From contig JAJCTO010000009.1 in NCBI GenBank assembly GCA_046563655.1, positions 1,178,001 to 1,242,000 of the forward strand: a DNA stretch of 64,000 bases, given 5' to 3'. Numbering within the stretch: the first letter of the stretch is position 1; every line of letters begins with the position of its first letter. The notes beneath the pieces are model-generated. The model made no database searches, had not been told where the DNA came from, and saw nothing but the letters and a program-made list of their open reading frames with translations. Positions 37,901 to 50,500 of the stretch are shown one piece after another. Both the position numbers and the translations under genes were made by a program. Source of the DNA: Yuukianura sp. NJ FZ-2021. Its lineage: Eukaryota.

Positions 37901-40405
37901 CCATTTTTGGATAAAATTTTTGGAAAATACTTTCTAATATTTTCTACCGACTTGCACATTAAATAGATCATGTCTGAAAATTTCTGCCCAACAATAGTCC
38001 GAAATTGTATTTTAGCACAGCTCCACCATACCACAAGTGCATAAGTCTAACTACGATTTAGGTTTAACTTAGGGTTGAAACTATACAACAAGGTGTCAAA
38101 CGTTGTGAAAAATGGAATTTATGCCTTGTTACCGCTCATACCAAAATTCTTGGTATTCATCAAATAACGGTCCACTTCGTCGTAATGCATAACTGACTAA
38201 ATCACACGTTGAAAAACATGTTGTCAGCGTCCATCCTTGAGCTCAAACTAGAAGTGCCGGTGAAGTGTCAAGCATGCCTTCACTTCAGATGCAACCCATG
38301 AGTTTTCACTTTGACATCATAAATCATGACAACTCACACTTCAATCGAACTTCAGGGAAAAACCGACTATTACATTTTCTAAATCAAAATTGAACATTCA
38401 GCATTTTTGGCCATTTTTGGATAAAATTTTTGGAAAATACTTTTTAATATTTTCTACCGACTTGCACATTAAATAGATCATGTCTGAAAACTTCTGCCCA
38501 ACAATAGTCCGAAATTGTATTTTAGCACAGCTCCACCATACCACAAGTGCATAAGTCTAACTACGATTTAGGTTTAACTTAGGGTTGAAACTATACAACA
38601 AGGTGTTAAACGTTGTGAAAAATGGAATTTATGCCTTGTTACCGCTCATACCAAAATTCTTGGTATTCATCAAATAACGGTCCACTTCGTCGTAATGCAT
38701 AACTGACTAAATCACACGTTGAAAAACATGTTGTCAGCGTCCATCCTTGAGCTCAAACTAGAAGTGCCGGTGAAGTGTCAAGCATGCCTTCACTTTAGAT
38801 GCAAACCATGAGTTCTCATATTGACACCATGAATCATGACAACTCACACTTCAATCGAACTTCAGGGAAAAACCGACTATTACATTTTCTAAATCAAAAT
38901 TGAACATTCAGCATTTTTGGCCATTTTTGGATAAAATTTTTGGAAAATACTTTTTAATATTTTCTACCGACTTGCACATTAAATAGATCATGTCTGAAAA
39001 CTTCTGCCCAACAATAGTCCGAAATTGTATTTTAGCACAGCTCCACCATACCACAAGTGCATAAGTCTAACTACGATTTAGGTTTAACTTAGGGTTGAAA
39101 CTATACAACAAGGTGTCAAACGTTGTGAAAAATGGAATTTATGCCTTGTTACCGCTCATACCAAAATTCTTGGTATTCATCAAATAACGGTCCACTTCGT
39201 CGTAATGCATAACTGACTAAATCACACGTTGAAAAACATGTTGTCAGCGTCCATCCTTGAGCTCAAACTAGAAGTGCCGGTGAAGTGTCAAGCATGCCTT
39301 CACTTCAGATGCAACCCATGAGTTTTCACTTTGACACCATGAATCATGACAACTCACACTTCAATCGAACTTCAGGGAAAAACCGACTATTACATTTTCT
39401 AAATCAAAATTGAACATTCAGCATTTTTGGCCATTTTTGGATAAAATTTTTGGAAAATACTTTTTAATATTTTCTACCGACTTGCACATTAAATAGATCA
39501 TGTCTGAAAACTTCTGCCCAACAATAGTCCGAAATTGTATTTTAGCACAGCTCCACCATACCACAAGTGCATAAGTCTAACTACGATTTAGGTTTAACTT
39601 AGGGTTGAAACTATACAACAAGGTGTCAAACGTTGTGAAAAATGGAATTTATGCCTTGTTACCGCTCATACCAAAATTCTTGGTATTCATCAAATAACGG
39701 TCCACTTCGTCGTAATGCATAACTGACTAAATCACACGTTGAAAAACATGTTGTCAGCGTCCATCCTTGAGCTCAAACTAGAAGTGCCGGTGAAGTGTCA
39801 AGCATGCCTTCACTTTAGATGCAAACCATGAGTTCTCATATTGACACCATGAATCATGACAACTCACACTTCAATCGAACTTCAGGGAAAAACCGACTAT
39901 TACATTTTCTAAATCAAAATTGAACATTCAGCATTTTTGGCCATTTTTGGATAAAATTTTTGGAAAATACTTTTTAATATTTCCTACCAACTTGCACATT
40001 AAATAGATCATGTCTGAAAACTTCTGCCCAACAATAGTCCGAAATTGTATTTTAGCACAGCTCCACCATACCACAAGTGCATAAGTCTAACTACGATTTA
40101 GGTTTAACTTAGGGTTGAAACTATACAACAAGGTGTCAAACGTTGTGAAAAATGGAATTTATGCCTTGTTACCGCTCATACCAAAATTCTTGGTATTCAT
40201 CAAATAACGGTCCACTTCGTCGTAATGCATAACTGACTAAATCACACGTTGAAAAACATGTTGTCAGCGTCCATCCTTGAGCTTAAACTAGAAGTGCCGG
40301 TAAAGTGTCAAGCATGCCTTCACTTTAGATGCAAACGATGAGTTCTCATTTTGACACCATGAATCATGACAACTCACACTTCAATTGAACTTCAGTGAAA
40401 AACAG

Positions 40406-41007
40406 TGTTGCACCTGCACTTGCACAACAATACTTTCAGTACCTGCACTTGTACTTTCACTTCCACAAAACACTGGACCAAGGTCGCACGTGCACTACCT
40501 AGTTGCTAAGCACATCTAGTTGCCAAGTAGACTTAGTCACTAAGCACTCCAAGTACCAAGCTAATCCCTTCCGAGCGAAAAAACCACAAGGCCAAGTGAC
40601 CACAAGGCCAAGTGGAAGAAGATTGTAAATTTATCCAATTAGAACAACCACAGCCAGCGCCGCTAATGCGGATAGGGAAGCAAAAGTTGTTTTTCAAATT
40701 CCCAATTAACGACCACCTAGCAACCTTAATTAAGCAATTAAGCACCTTTGTATAAATAACACTCAGTCACGACTTAGAAGTAAGTCAGTACAGAAGTCGA
40801 AGAAGTAAGCAAAACTCCGAATAAAGAAAGTACGACACTTAATACGAACATAAGGACTTCATTTCACCTCCTCGCAACAATGGACTGACTGGCATGGAAC
40901 CTCGGCCGCCCGGAAGGGGTCTCTAGGGCCCTTGACCCCACGGGGCAAACATCGGTCTCCCCCGTGGGCCCTTCCTGAAATGGCGAACGCCTATTTCCGG
41001 CGTTACA
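40406..41007 (+). repeat. 5' LTR
   Basis: TGTTGC...GTTACA; TATAAATA at 40751, AATAAA at 40820. Confidence 0.95.
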
Positions 41008-41009
41008 TT

Positions 41010-41026
41010 TGGTGCATTTGCCGAGA
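41010..41026 (+). promoter_or_regulatory. Primer-binding site, tRNA-Gly(GCC)-like
   Basis: TGGTGCATTTGCCGAGA begins 2 nt after the LTR; compare the complement of the tRNA-Gly 3' end, TGGTGCATTGGCCGGGA. Confidence 0.8.
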
Positions 41027-42148
41027 TATGCGGCAGTCAGGAATGCCAGGAAAAGGAGGTCACACCAATCCTTGGACTACGTCAGACCGTCCCCGGTCAG
41101 GTTCGATATTCAGCAAATAAATTAACTTATATTTTTTTTTGAGTGTTGGAATTGGGAACAGTAACGTAGTTGTAATGTAAAGAACAATAACATTGTAAGG
41201 ACAATAACGGTTGGAATTTAACGTAAGACATAGTAGTAAGGGACTCCTGTACCTCCACACTGAAGGTAGAGCAGGTCGAGCTGATTCCTACGAAGCTACC
41301 TTCCACGGAAGTAACGGAGACCTAGTGCTATCCCCCCCTGGTGACCAAGTACCCAAATGCATCGAACAGGTACAATAGAGAAGGTGACCCTCGAAGAGGT
41401 GAAAGTCCTCTATTGTTACCACACACGCTCTGCCTAAGGTCAAAGGTCACCTCATAGGGCAGTGGCTCTAGCCAAAGGTCAAAGGTTACTGTGGTAGCCA
41501 TTGGTTCGATTGGTACACTATTGTCAGCATTATTGTTAACGAAAGGTAGGAAGAACGAGTGCTAGGGTTTTATTTGTTAAAACCTATTTGTCACTTAAAG
41601 AACAAACTGATATAACGCAGGTTCACGCGTTTTGTTCGCATATTTCCACTTAACTGATTTGCAGGCGCTATTTGCTATTTTTGTGTTGAATTTCTGCAAG
41701 TTATGCTTTGGTTCAAATTTTACTACTCACGATTTGACAATTTGATGTGGAGCTTACTGAAAGGGTGGGTGAGAACTAAGCTTAAGTTAGTCGAAAATTT
41801 GGAAATTTCCCAACTATTGTCTACCTTGGAACTTTGCTGTCAGATGTAGATACTATGTGTTGTTAGACTTTCATTTCCTGGATATGCAGTAGACGTCAGT
41901 TAGTTTAATTCTGACAGTACTACACGTTCGCCAGTGTGCAGGCGTCTAGTCTATTTTTAACTTTAAATTTTTATGGAGGAGATTTCCCATAGACTTTGTG
42001 AAATTTGAAAGGCATTCCTTTTAACGAAAAGCTTTAGGATCATACAGCGTAGACGAGTCATTTTTTTTGTGTTTATTAAATAATTTCCTTTAGTCAATAA
42101 TTATTATTTAATAATTGGGAAAGCCGAATTATGTTTATTGTATTCAAG

Positions 42149-42755
42149 TTAAAGCGTTAAATCAGACTCCGTCTCAGAGTCACTTGAGAGCACGATAGTC
42201 TCGATAGGATCAGAGGTAGATGCCGACAAGGCTTCCTCACCTTCGGCAACAGTATCACTCAGGGCGATGGTTCGCTCCTCCTCAATCCATCGTTGAACGT
42301 TGGCAGTCTCCGCCCCAACTTCATTGAGTCGAAGAAAATCCTCCAGACTCTGGCTGTGTATCAAGGCGCACAGCCTCCGTCGTCTGTCGTCCACCGACGT
42401 CCACGGCCGATCTCCCGCGAACAGGACTCGCTCAGTTTGAAAGGCACACAGATGTCGCCGCACTTCCAACTTGATTAGATTAACGAGGGCAGTCATCTCC
42501 ATTGTGATGGGATTCCCCGCCCTTTGCATCAGTAGCGCAGCAAACGCGGCCCAGTTATGAGTCAAAAACGGCCGTTCTGCTAATAACTGACTTAAAAAGA
42601 AGTCATCCTGCAATTAGATAAAGGAGAAGAGATAGGTAATTTCTCTTATAATTAGGCTGAGTATATTTACTTCTTACCAAGTCTCCTTGAGTGCCGTGAG
42701 CCCAAGGCACCTGCTGACTCACACCGGGAGTAACCGGAAATGTACGAGAAGCCAT
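42149..42755 (-). CDS. Antisense spliced hypothetical protein (exons 42755-42678 and 42607-42149, ~178 aa) with C-terminal SIM-like motif
   Basis: Phase-0 70-nt intron GTAAGA...pyrimidine tract...TTGCAG; AATAAA at 42134-42139 (minus); C-terminus IETIVLSSDSETESD. Confidence 0.6.
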
Positions 42756-43299
42756 TGTTCTTTGACCGTTGTCCGAGGGTATAAACTTACAACTGCGTGA
42801 CGGGAATTGAATCAACTACAGAAAGTGTCTGGACTTTTAGGTGCGGCGTAATCAACCATAGTCACCGCGACAGTTGTTTCTAAAATTTAGCATGTGCCCA
42901 TTGTCCACAAGTAAAATTAACGAAATCGGGTTTTGTTAAGAAAACCGGAGGCCAAGGGAAGGTTTCTCCCGCTTTTTGGGACACTATGAGGAAGCGAATG
43001 CCACTCAAATTCTTTAATTCATACAACCACAAAGATAATCATACCACCGTGATTCCTGGTCATTAGTGGTACCATAGCAGATACTTTTGTGAACTTTGCT
43101 TTCTTTTAAAGTACTTGGACAGTTGAATGTGATGGATATCATGATTTCTGTTAAATCCGATTTTACTGCCGAATCAGTAGCATTCTGGAAAACTGCTCGA
43201 ATCCTGCTCAGGGACTTTGTTTGTCCTGTAGAAATACTAATTCCTGTGGGAGAACCACAGAGGACTATTTGAGATTTTTCAGAGAAATTGCAGAAGAAG

Positions 43300-44300
43300 A
43301 AGAAGAATAAAGAAGATTAAAGACGGTCGAAGCCACGGGGACGATTTCGCGAAATAAAGATTTCCGACAACGAATTTCGAAATAAAGATTTTTCTCTTTT
43401 GAAATAAAGATTTCCAAAATAAAGATTTTCCGAAACAAGGCTTTTGAGAAACAAAAATGAAGATTTTCTGAAATAAAGATTTTCGGAATGAAGCTCTTCC
43501 ATGATGAAGTTCTTCCACAATGAAGCTCTTGCGAGATGAAGCTCTTCCAAGGTGAAGCATCCACAAGACGAAGCTTCAGAAGATGAAGCCTTTTACAGAT
43601 GTAGCTTCCACAGATGAAGCTCTTACAGATGAAGCTTCTACAGATGAAGCCCATACAGATGAAGCTTCCACAGATGAAGCTCTTACAGATGAAGCTCTTA
43701 CAGATGAAGCTCTTACAGATGAAGCTCTTACAGATGAAGCTTCTACAGATGAAGCCCATACAGATGAAGCTTCCACAGATGAAGCCCTTACAGATGAAGC
43801 TTCCACAGATGAAGCTCTTACAGATGAAGCTTCTACAGATGAAGCCCATACAGATGAAGCTTCCACAGATGAAGCCCTTACAGATGAAGCTTCCACAGAT
43901 GACGTCCTTACAGATGCAGTTTCTACAGACGAAGCCCTTACAGATGTAGCGTCTCCAAGATGAAGCTCTTCCAAGATGAAGATTTTATCTTCCATGAGAT
44001 GAAGCCCTTAACCGATGACGCTTCCACAAGATGAAGCCTTACTAGATGAAGCTTCCACAAGATGAAGCCCTTACCGGATGAAGCTTTCATTAAATGAAGC
44101 TTCCACGTGATGAACTTTTCATAAGATGAAGATTGTCCGAAATGAAGAATTTCCGAAACGCAGATTTTACCTAATGAAGATTTTACGGAAAGAAGATTTT
44201 CCGAAATGAAGATTTTACAGGAAGAGGATTTTCCGAAAAACGAAGATTTTACGAAATGCAGCTTACGAGACGAAGATTTTACGAAGTGAAGACTTTACGA
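43300..44300 (+). repeat. 15-bp tandem repeat (acagatgaagctctt) core ~43590-43950 with degenerate GAAGATTTT flanks
   Basis: Obvious 15-bp periodicity; pentapeptide pseudo-ORFs in several frames. Confidence 0.92.
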
Positions 44301-45652
44301 GCCGAACAGTTTACGAGAATTTGTCGATAAGACAACGCAAGTATCGGCCTAACATGAATCACTTGGACATGAGGGATGGGACCGAAAACAGAAATATCCT
44401 GTGAAAGGACGGGCCAGGAGAATTGGAACTCCTAGTAACGGTGTATTAATTGACCGGGCTGTAGTCTAAATCCCAAAGAGGATGACGCTATGTCCTACAG
44501 CTACTCATCAAATACCAAGTTAGGAAAAGGTAAAACAAAAGGGAGGTAAAGGTTCTAATAATGAAACTCACACTGCTACTAGTGGGGAGGACCCACGAAA
44601 GTTATGGTACCAAAGGCGCGCAATACCGGTGTAATCGGATCCGACAGTACTGTAGCGCATGCGCAAATCGTTCAGAACAGACAAACATATGGCCTGGGTT
44701 ACATGAGAATTCTCTCTGATATCAGTGCTTCAGCAAAAGGGGCCAGCCGAGCCTCAAGGTGCTTTGCCACGTTCCGCTTATGCTTTCTGTATTTGTCCTA
44801 CTAATCAAACTTCTGATCTCGAGTGGGAAATGGTGAAACCAATGTAACATGCCGAGTAAATTGTTACTTAAAATCGGTTAATTAAGCAATTGTTGCCTAA
44901 GTAAAGTAGTTAGATAACGTGCTTAAGCTTATCAGAAGAATTTCCTAGAAAGAAAGAAAAGAAAGAAAGAAGAGAACACTTTCCGCTTTTGTGATAAGAT
45001 CAGAAATTACTAAGAAAATTACTTAAATTACTTAGAAGAAAACTAATGTCATTAGCACTGTACCTTACGCTCCAATGAGCGTGGTCATGCACGTGCCCAA
45101 GTCATACACAGTCATACGGATCTGTTTCAATTCGCACCCACCGAAGCTGCTCCGGGAGTAGCAGCGATTTAAGTTGGGAAGGGCCAGGCGTCGCCCGAAG
45201 TTTTCTAACATGACCTGCGCCACCACCTCCAACCTCTAAGTACGACAATTACGAGAGAAACCGGAGAAATTATGAGAAGAAAACACGAAGGGAGTAAATT
45301 CTGAACCTTGGCGATCCACGCAGGTCAACGGTCAAACTAGATGACCCCGTACACCGTTCTCATGATTAAAGGCAACCCGGAAGGAAAATTGACGCTGCCC
45401 CGTCACCCCACCGAGTGATGTTCCAATTAAGAACCACCGAGAGAGATACGAGATATCAGCTCCACAGATTATTTAATTCAGCGCTGCCGCAGCCAGCGCC
45501 GGTAATGTGGTTTTGTGCACCGAAATTGCTAATCAACCACCTTCAATTAACGCCCTCAGCCGAGCAATTAAGAGTCCAGTTAAATACCGAGCTCCCTCCA
45601 ATTCTCTGGAGCCAGTCAACGAAAGTCAGCAAGCCAAAACACTCATCACATC

Positions 45653-46855
45653 ATGGAAGCAGTCTCGTTCGAAGTACAAGATTTGGCCCAACTAGCTTAC
45701 GGCCGAACGCAAATAAGAAACCTCACGGACGGTGTCAGAGCAATCCGACCAGCCAGGCCAAGCGCCCCGAACTACGACATTGACACAGCCCTCGAGTCTC
45801 TCTGGCCGGAAGGCTGGACCATACCGGAGTGGATTCCAGAAGTGCTCCAAACAAAAGAAAAAGTTGCAGAAAACGTCAGGCTAGCCGCTCTAACTTCGCC
45901 AGTTGCGTTCGCATGTTTCGAGTGGCCACACTCATACCTTGGGACAATTCACCGCCTTCTGATCGTGTCAAAGATCAACGCCTTTGTCATAGACCCTACT
46001 AACCCGGACACGCATGAGCCGCTACAAAACTTGTTCAGATCCACGGCGGTTGTTAAGTTATGTTACCGTGGAGGAGACCAACAGAAATGGATTGAGAGGG
46101 ACTTTGGAGTCATCCCGACGGGAGTCGTCGATATCGAAACTATACGCCTACACACCAGCCATCTCCCGTGCTACGCGTCGCCCATACAAATTCGGAACGA
46201 ATTCAGTTCGACATTTGATCTGCCCCTGGGATTTCCACACGCTGTTCCACCTCTAAATGATGCATCAATGAAGGCCGTGGTGGTAACCTTGGTGAAACTC
46301 TGGGAAGATATCTCACAGCAACTACTCAAGCTGCACACCCCAGAACTGCGGACCTTGATCCAGAATATGCTAGACAGCACACACGAACAAACTGAAGAAC
46401 AGTTCCGGCTGACTCACTTCTTTACGCATGCCCGTGTACTCAACGTCAAAGATAGGAGGATCCGAACAAGCCTCATTTCCGTTGCCCGCCAGCTGAATCT
46501 GCCAACTACCGTATTCTCTCAAGACTACGCGATTTGGAAAACAAAAACGGAGGCGGAATTTCTGCAAGGACTGTTGCAGAAAGTCCGAACCTTGCCAAGA
46601 CCGGCCGGCATGGACCCAGTGCAGCACGCATTGATAGTTCCCCGTCTCGTCGCATGGTGGCGTGATTCCCGAATTCAGCCAGAAGCCGTCACGAGGCAGG
46701 CTGTAGCAAAACGAAGGGCACCCACGCCTCCCGATGTGTCACCGGCGAGCGACTCTGAACCATCGCACAATCCGAGAACCGCGGAGTTGGAGAAACGACT
46801 ACGAGCAGTTGAACAACAACCCCTGGACCTCAGCTGCCCTAGAGCCGCGGATTAA
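45653..46855 (+). CDS. 400-aa protein with degenerate DnaQ-like (WRN/EXD/Egalitarian/Mut-7 type) 3'-5' exonuclease fold and C-terminal PLDLS motif
   Basis: PVAFACFEW...HRLLIVS..NAFVID...LQNLFRSTAVVKLCY...IERDFGVIPTGVVDIETI follows the pattern VGFDxE...LLQIA..VYLFD...LKELLED..ILKV.H...L...FGI....VFDTQ; ExoI Asp absent. Confidence 0.7.
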   Translation: MEAVSFEVQDLAQLAYGRTQIRNLTDGVRAIRPARPSAPNYDIDTALESLWPEGWTIPEWIPEVLQTKEKVAENVRLAALTSPVAFACFEWPHSYLGTIHRLLIVSKINAFVIDPTNPDTHEPLQNLFRSTAVVKLCYRGGDQQKWIERDFGVIPTGVVDIETIRLHTSHLPCYASPIQIRNEFSSTFDLPLGFPHAVPPLNDASMKAVVVTLVKLWEDISQQLLKLHTPELRTLIQNMLDSTHEQTEEQFRLTHFFTHARVLNVKDRRIRTSLISVARQLNLPTTVFSQDYAIWKTKTEAEFLQGLLQKVRTLPRPAGMDPVQHALIVPRLVAWWRDSRIQPEAVTRQAVAKRRAPTPPDVSPASDSEPSHNPRTAELEKRLRAVEQQPLDLSCPRAAD

Positions 46856-46882
46856 GTTTTCCGAACTTTTGTCGAGGACGAC

Positions 46883-46904
46883 AAAAAGAATAGGCGTTGG
46901 AGAG
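46883..46904 (+). promoter_or_regulatory. Polypurine tract
   Basis: AAAAAGAATAGGCGTTGGAGAG immediately before the 3' LTR. Confidence 0.7.
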
Positions 46905-47507
46905 TGTTGCACCTGCACTTGCACAACAATACTTTCAGTACCTGCACTTGTACTTTCACTTCCACAAAACACTGGACCAAGGTCGCACGTGCACTACCTA
47001 GTTGCTAAGCACATCTAGTTGCCAAGTAGACTTAGTCACTAAGCACACCAAGTACCAGGCTAATCCCTTCCGAGCGAAAAAACCACAAGGCCAAGTGACC
47101 ACAAGGCCAAGTGGAAGAAGATTGTAAATTTATCCAATTAGCACTACCGCAGCCAGCGCCGCTAATGCGGTTAGGGAAGCAAAAGTTGTTTTTCAAAATT
47201 CCCAATTAACGACCACCTAGCAACCTTAATTAAGCAATTAAGCACCTCTGTATAAATAACATTCAGTCACGACTTAGAAGTAAGTCAGTACAGAAGTCGA
47301 AGAAGTAAGCAAAACTCCGAATAAAGAAAGTACGACACTTAATACGAACATAAGGACTTCATTTCACCTCCTCGCAACAATGGACTGACTGGCATGGAAC
47401 CTCGGCCGCCCGGAAGGGGTCTCTAGGGCCCTTGACCCCACGGGGCAAACATCGGTCTCCCCCGTGGGCCCTTCCTGAAATGGCGAACGCCTATTTCCGG
47501 CGTTACA
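46905..47507 (+). repeat. 3' LTR
   Basis: Direct repeat of 40406-41007 with about 9 differences. Confidence 0.95.
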
Positions 47508-50500
47508 ACAGACTATTACATTTTCTAAATCAAAATTGAACATTCGGCATTTTTGGCCATTTTTGGATGAAATTTTTGGAAAATACTTTTTTATATTTCC
47601 TACCGCCTTGCACATTAATTAGATCATGTCTGAAAACTTCTGCCCAACAATAGTCCGAAATTGTATTTTAGCACAGCTCCACCATACCATAAGTGCATAA
47701 GTCTAACTACGATTTAGGTTTAACTTAGGGTTGAAACTATACAACAAGGTGTTAAACGTTGTGAAAAATGGAATTTATGCGTTTTTACCGCTTATACAAA
47801 AATTCTTGGTATTCATCAAATAACGGTCCACTTCGTCGTAGTGCATAACTGACTAAATCACACGTTGAAAAACATGTTGTGAGCCTCCATCCTTGAGCTT
47901 AAACTAGAAGTGCCGGTAAAGTGTCAAGCATGCCTTCACTTTAGATGCAAACGATGAGTTCTCATATTGACACCATGAATCATGATGACTCACACTTCGA
48001 TGGAACTTCAGGGAAAAACCGACTATTACATTTTCTAAATCAAAATTGAACATTCAGCATTTTTGGCCATTTTTGGATAGAATTTTTGGAAAATTCTTTT
48101 TTATATTTCCTACCAACTTGCACATTAAATAGATCATGTCTGAAAACTTCTGCCAAACAAAAGTCCGAAATTGTATTTTAGCACAGCTCCACCATACCAC
48201 AAGTGCATAAGTCTAACTATTTACGATTTAGGTTTAACTTAGGGTTGAAACTATACAACAAGGTGTTAAACGTTCTGAAAAATGGAATTTATGCCTTTTT
48301 ACCGCTTATACCAAAAATTCTTGGTATTCATCAAATAACGGTCCACTTCGTCGTAAGTGCATAACTGACTAAATCACACGTTGAAAAACATGTTGTCAGC
48401 CTCCATCCTTGAGCTTCAAACTAGAAGTGCCGGTAAAGTGTCAAGCATGCCTTCACTTTAGATGCAAACCGATGAGTTCTCATTTTGACACCATGAATCA
48501 TGACAACTCACACTTCAATTGGAACTTCAGTGAAAAACCGACTATTACATTTTCTAAATCAAAATTGAACATTCGGCAGCATTTTTGGCCATTTTTGGAT
48601 GAAATTTTTGGAAAATACTTTTTTATATTTCCTACCGCCTTGCACATTAAATAGATCATGTCTGAAAACTTCTGCCCAACAATAGTCCGAAATTGTATTT
48701 TAGCACAGCTCCACCATACCACAAGTGCATAAGTCTAACTACGATTTAGGTTTAACTTAGGGTTGAAACTATACAACAAGGTGTTAAACGTTCTGAAAAA
48801 TGGAATTTATGCCTTGTTACCGCTTATACAAAAATTCTTGGTATTCATCAAATAACGGTCCACTTCGTCGTAATGCATAACTGACTAAATCACACGTTGA
48901 AAAACATGTTGTCAGCCTCCATCCTTGAGCTTAAACTAGAAGTGCCGGTAAAGTGTCAAGCATGCCTTCACTTTAGATGCAAACCGATGAGTTCTCATTT
49001 TGACACCATGAATCATGACAACTCACACTTCAATGGAACTTCAGGGAAAAACCGACTATTACATTTTCTAAATCAAAATTGAACATTCAGCATTTTTGGC
49101 CATTTTTGGATGAAATTTTTGGAAAATACTTTTTTATATTTCCTACCCAACTTGCACATTAAATTAGATCATGTCTGAAAACTTCTGCCCAACAATAGTC
49201 CGAAATTGTATTTTAGCACAGCTCCACCATACCACAAGTGCATAAGTCTAACTACGATTTAGGTTTAACTTAGGGTTGAAACTATACAACAAGGTGTTAA
49301 ACGTTGTGAAAAATGGAATTTATGCCTTGTTACCGCTTATACAAAAATTCTTGGTATTCATCAAATAACGGTCCACTTCGTCGTAATGCATAACTGACTA
49401 AATCACACGTTGAAAAACATGTTGTCAGCCTCCATCCTTGAGCTTAAACTAGAAGTGCCGGTGAAGTGTCAAGCATGCCTTCACTTTAGATGCAAACCGA
49501 TGAGTTCTCATTTTGACACCATGAAATCATGACAACTCACACTTCGATGGAACTTCAGGGAAAAACCGACTATTACATTTTCTAAATCAAAATTGAACAT
49601 TCAGCATTTTTGGCCATTTTTGGATAAAATTTTTGGAAAATACTTTTTAATATTTTCTACCGACTTGCACATTAAATAGATCATGTCTGAAAACTTCTGC
49701 CCAACAATAGTCCGAAATTGTATTTTAGCACAGCTCCACCATACCACAAGTGCATAAGTCTAACTATTTACGATTTAGGTTTAACTTAGGGTTGAAACTA
49801 TACAACAAGGTGTTAAACGTTCTGAAAAATGGAATTTATGCCTTTTTACCGCTCATACCAAAATTCTTGGTATTCATCAAATAACGGTCCACTTCGTCGT
49901 AAGTGCATAACTGACTAAATCACACGTTGAAAAACATGTTGTCAGCCTCCATCCTTGAGCTCAAACTAGAAGTGCCGGTAAAGTGTCAAGCATGCCTTCA
50001 CTTTAGATGCAAACGATGAGTTCTCATTTTGACACCATGAATCATGACAACTCACACTTCAATTGAACTTCAGTGAAAAACAGACTATTACATTTTCTAA
50101 ATCAAAATTGAACATTCAGCATTTTTGGCCATTTTTGGATGAAATTTTTGGAAAATACTTTTTTATATTTCCTACCGCCTTGCACATTAATTAGATCATG
50201 TCTGAAAACTTCTGCCCAACAATAGTCCGAAATTGTATTTTAGCACAGCTCCACCATACCATAAGTGCATAAGTCTAACTACGATTTAGGTTTAACTTAG
50301 GGTTGAAACTATACAACAAGGTGTTAAACGTTCTGAAAAATGGAATTTATGCCTTTTTACCGCTTATACAAAAATTCTTGGTATTCATCAAATAACGGTC
50401 CACTTCGTCGTAGTGCATAACTGACTAAATCACACGTTGAAAAACATGTTGTCAGCCTCCATTCTTGAGCTTAAACTAGAAGTGCCGGTAAAGTGTCAAG

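Larger units (their letters stand above)
40406..47507 (+). mobile_element. Non-autonomous LTR retroelement (Ty3/Gypsy-like, LARD-type; element 2), 7102 bp
   Basis: TG...CA direct repeats of ~602 bp, 4-bp TSD ACAG (40402-40405, 47508-47511), PBS and PPT; no gag/RT/RNaseH/IN ORF recognised. Confidence 0.93.

Noticed and set aside
43265..43995. TDEAS/ASSVR/SFICK repeat proteins
   Set aside because: Arise from the 15-bp tandem repeat, with no unique coding flanks; coding role unsupported.
45653..46855. env or gag gene
   Set aside because: No signal peptide, transmembrane segment, furin site or CCHC knuckle seen.
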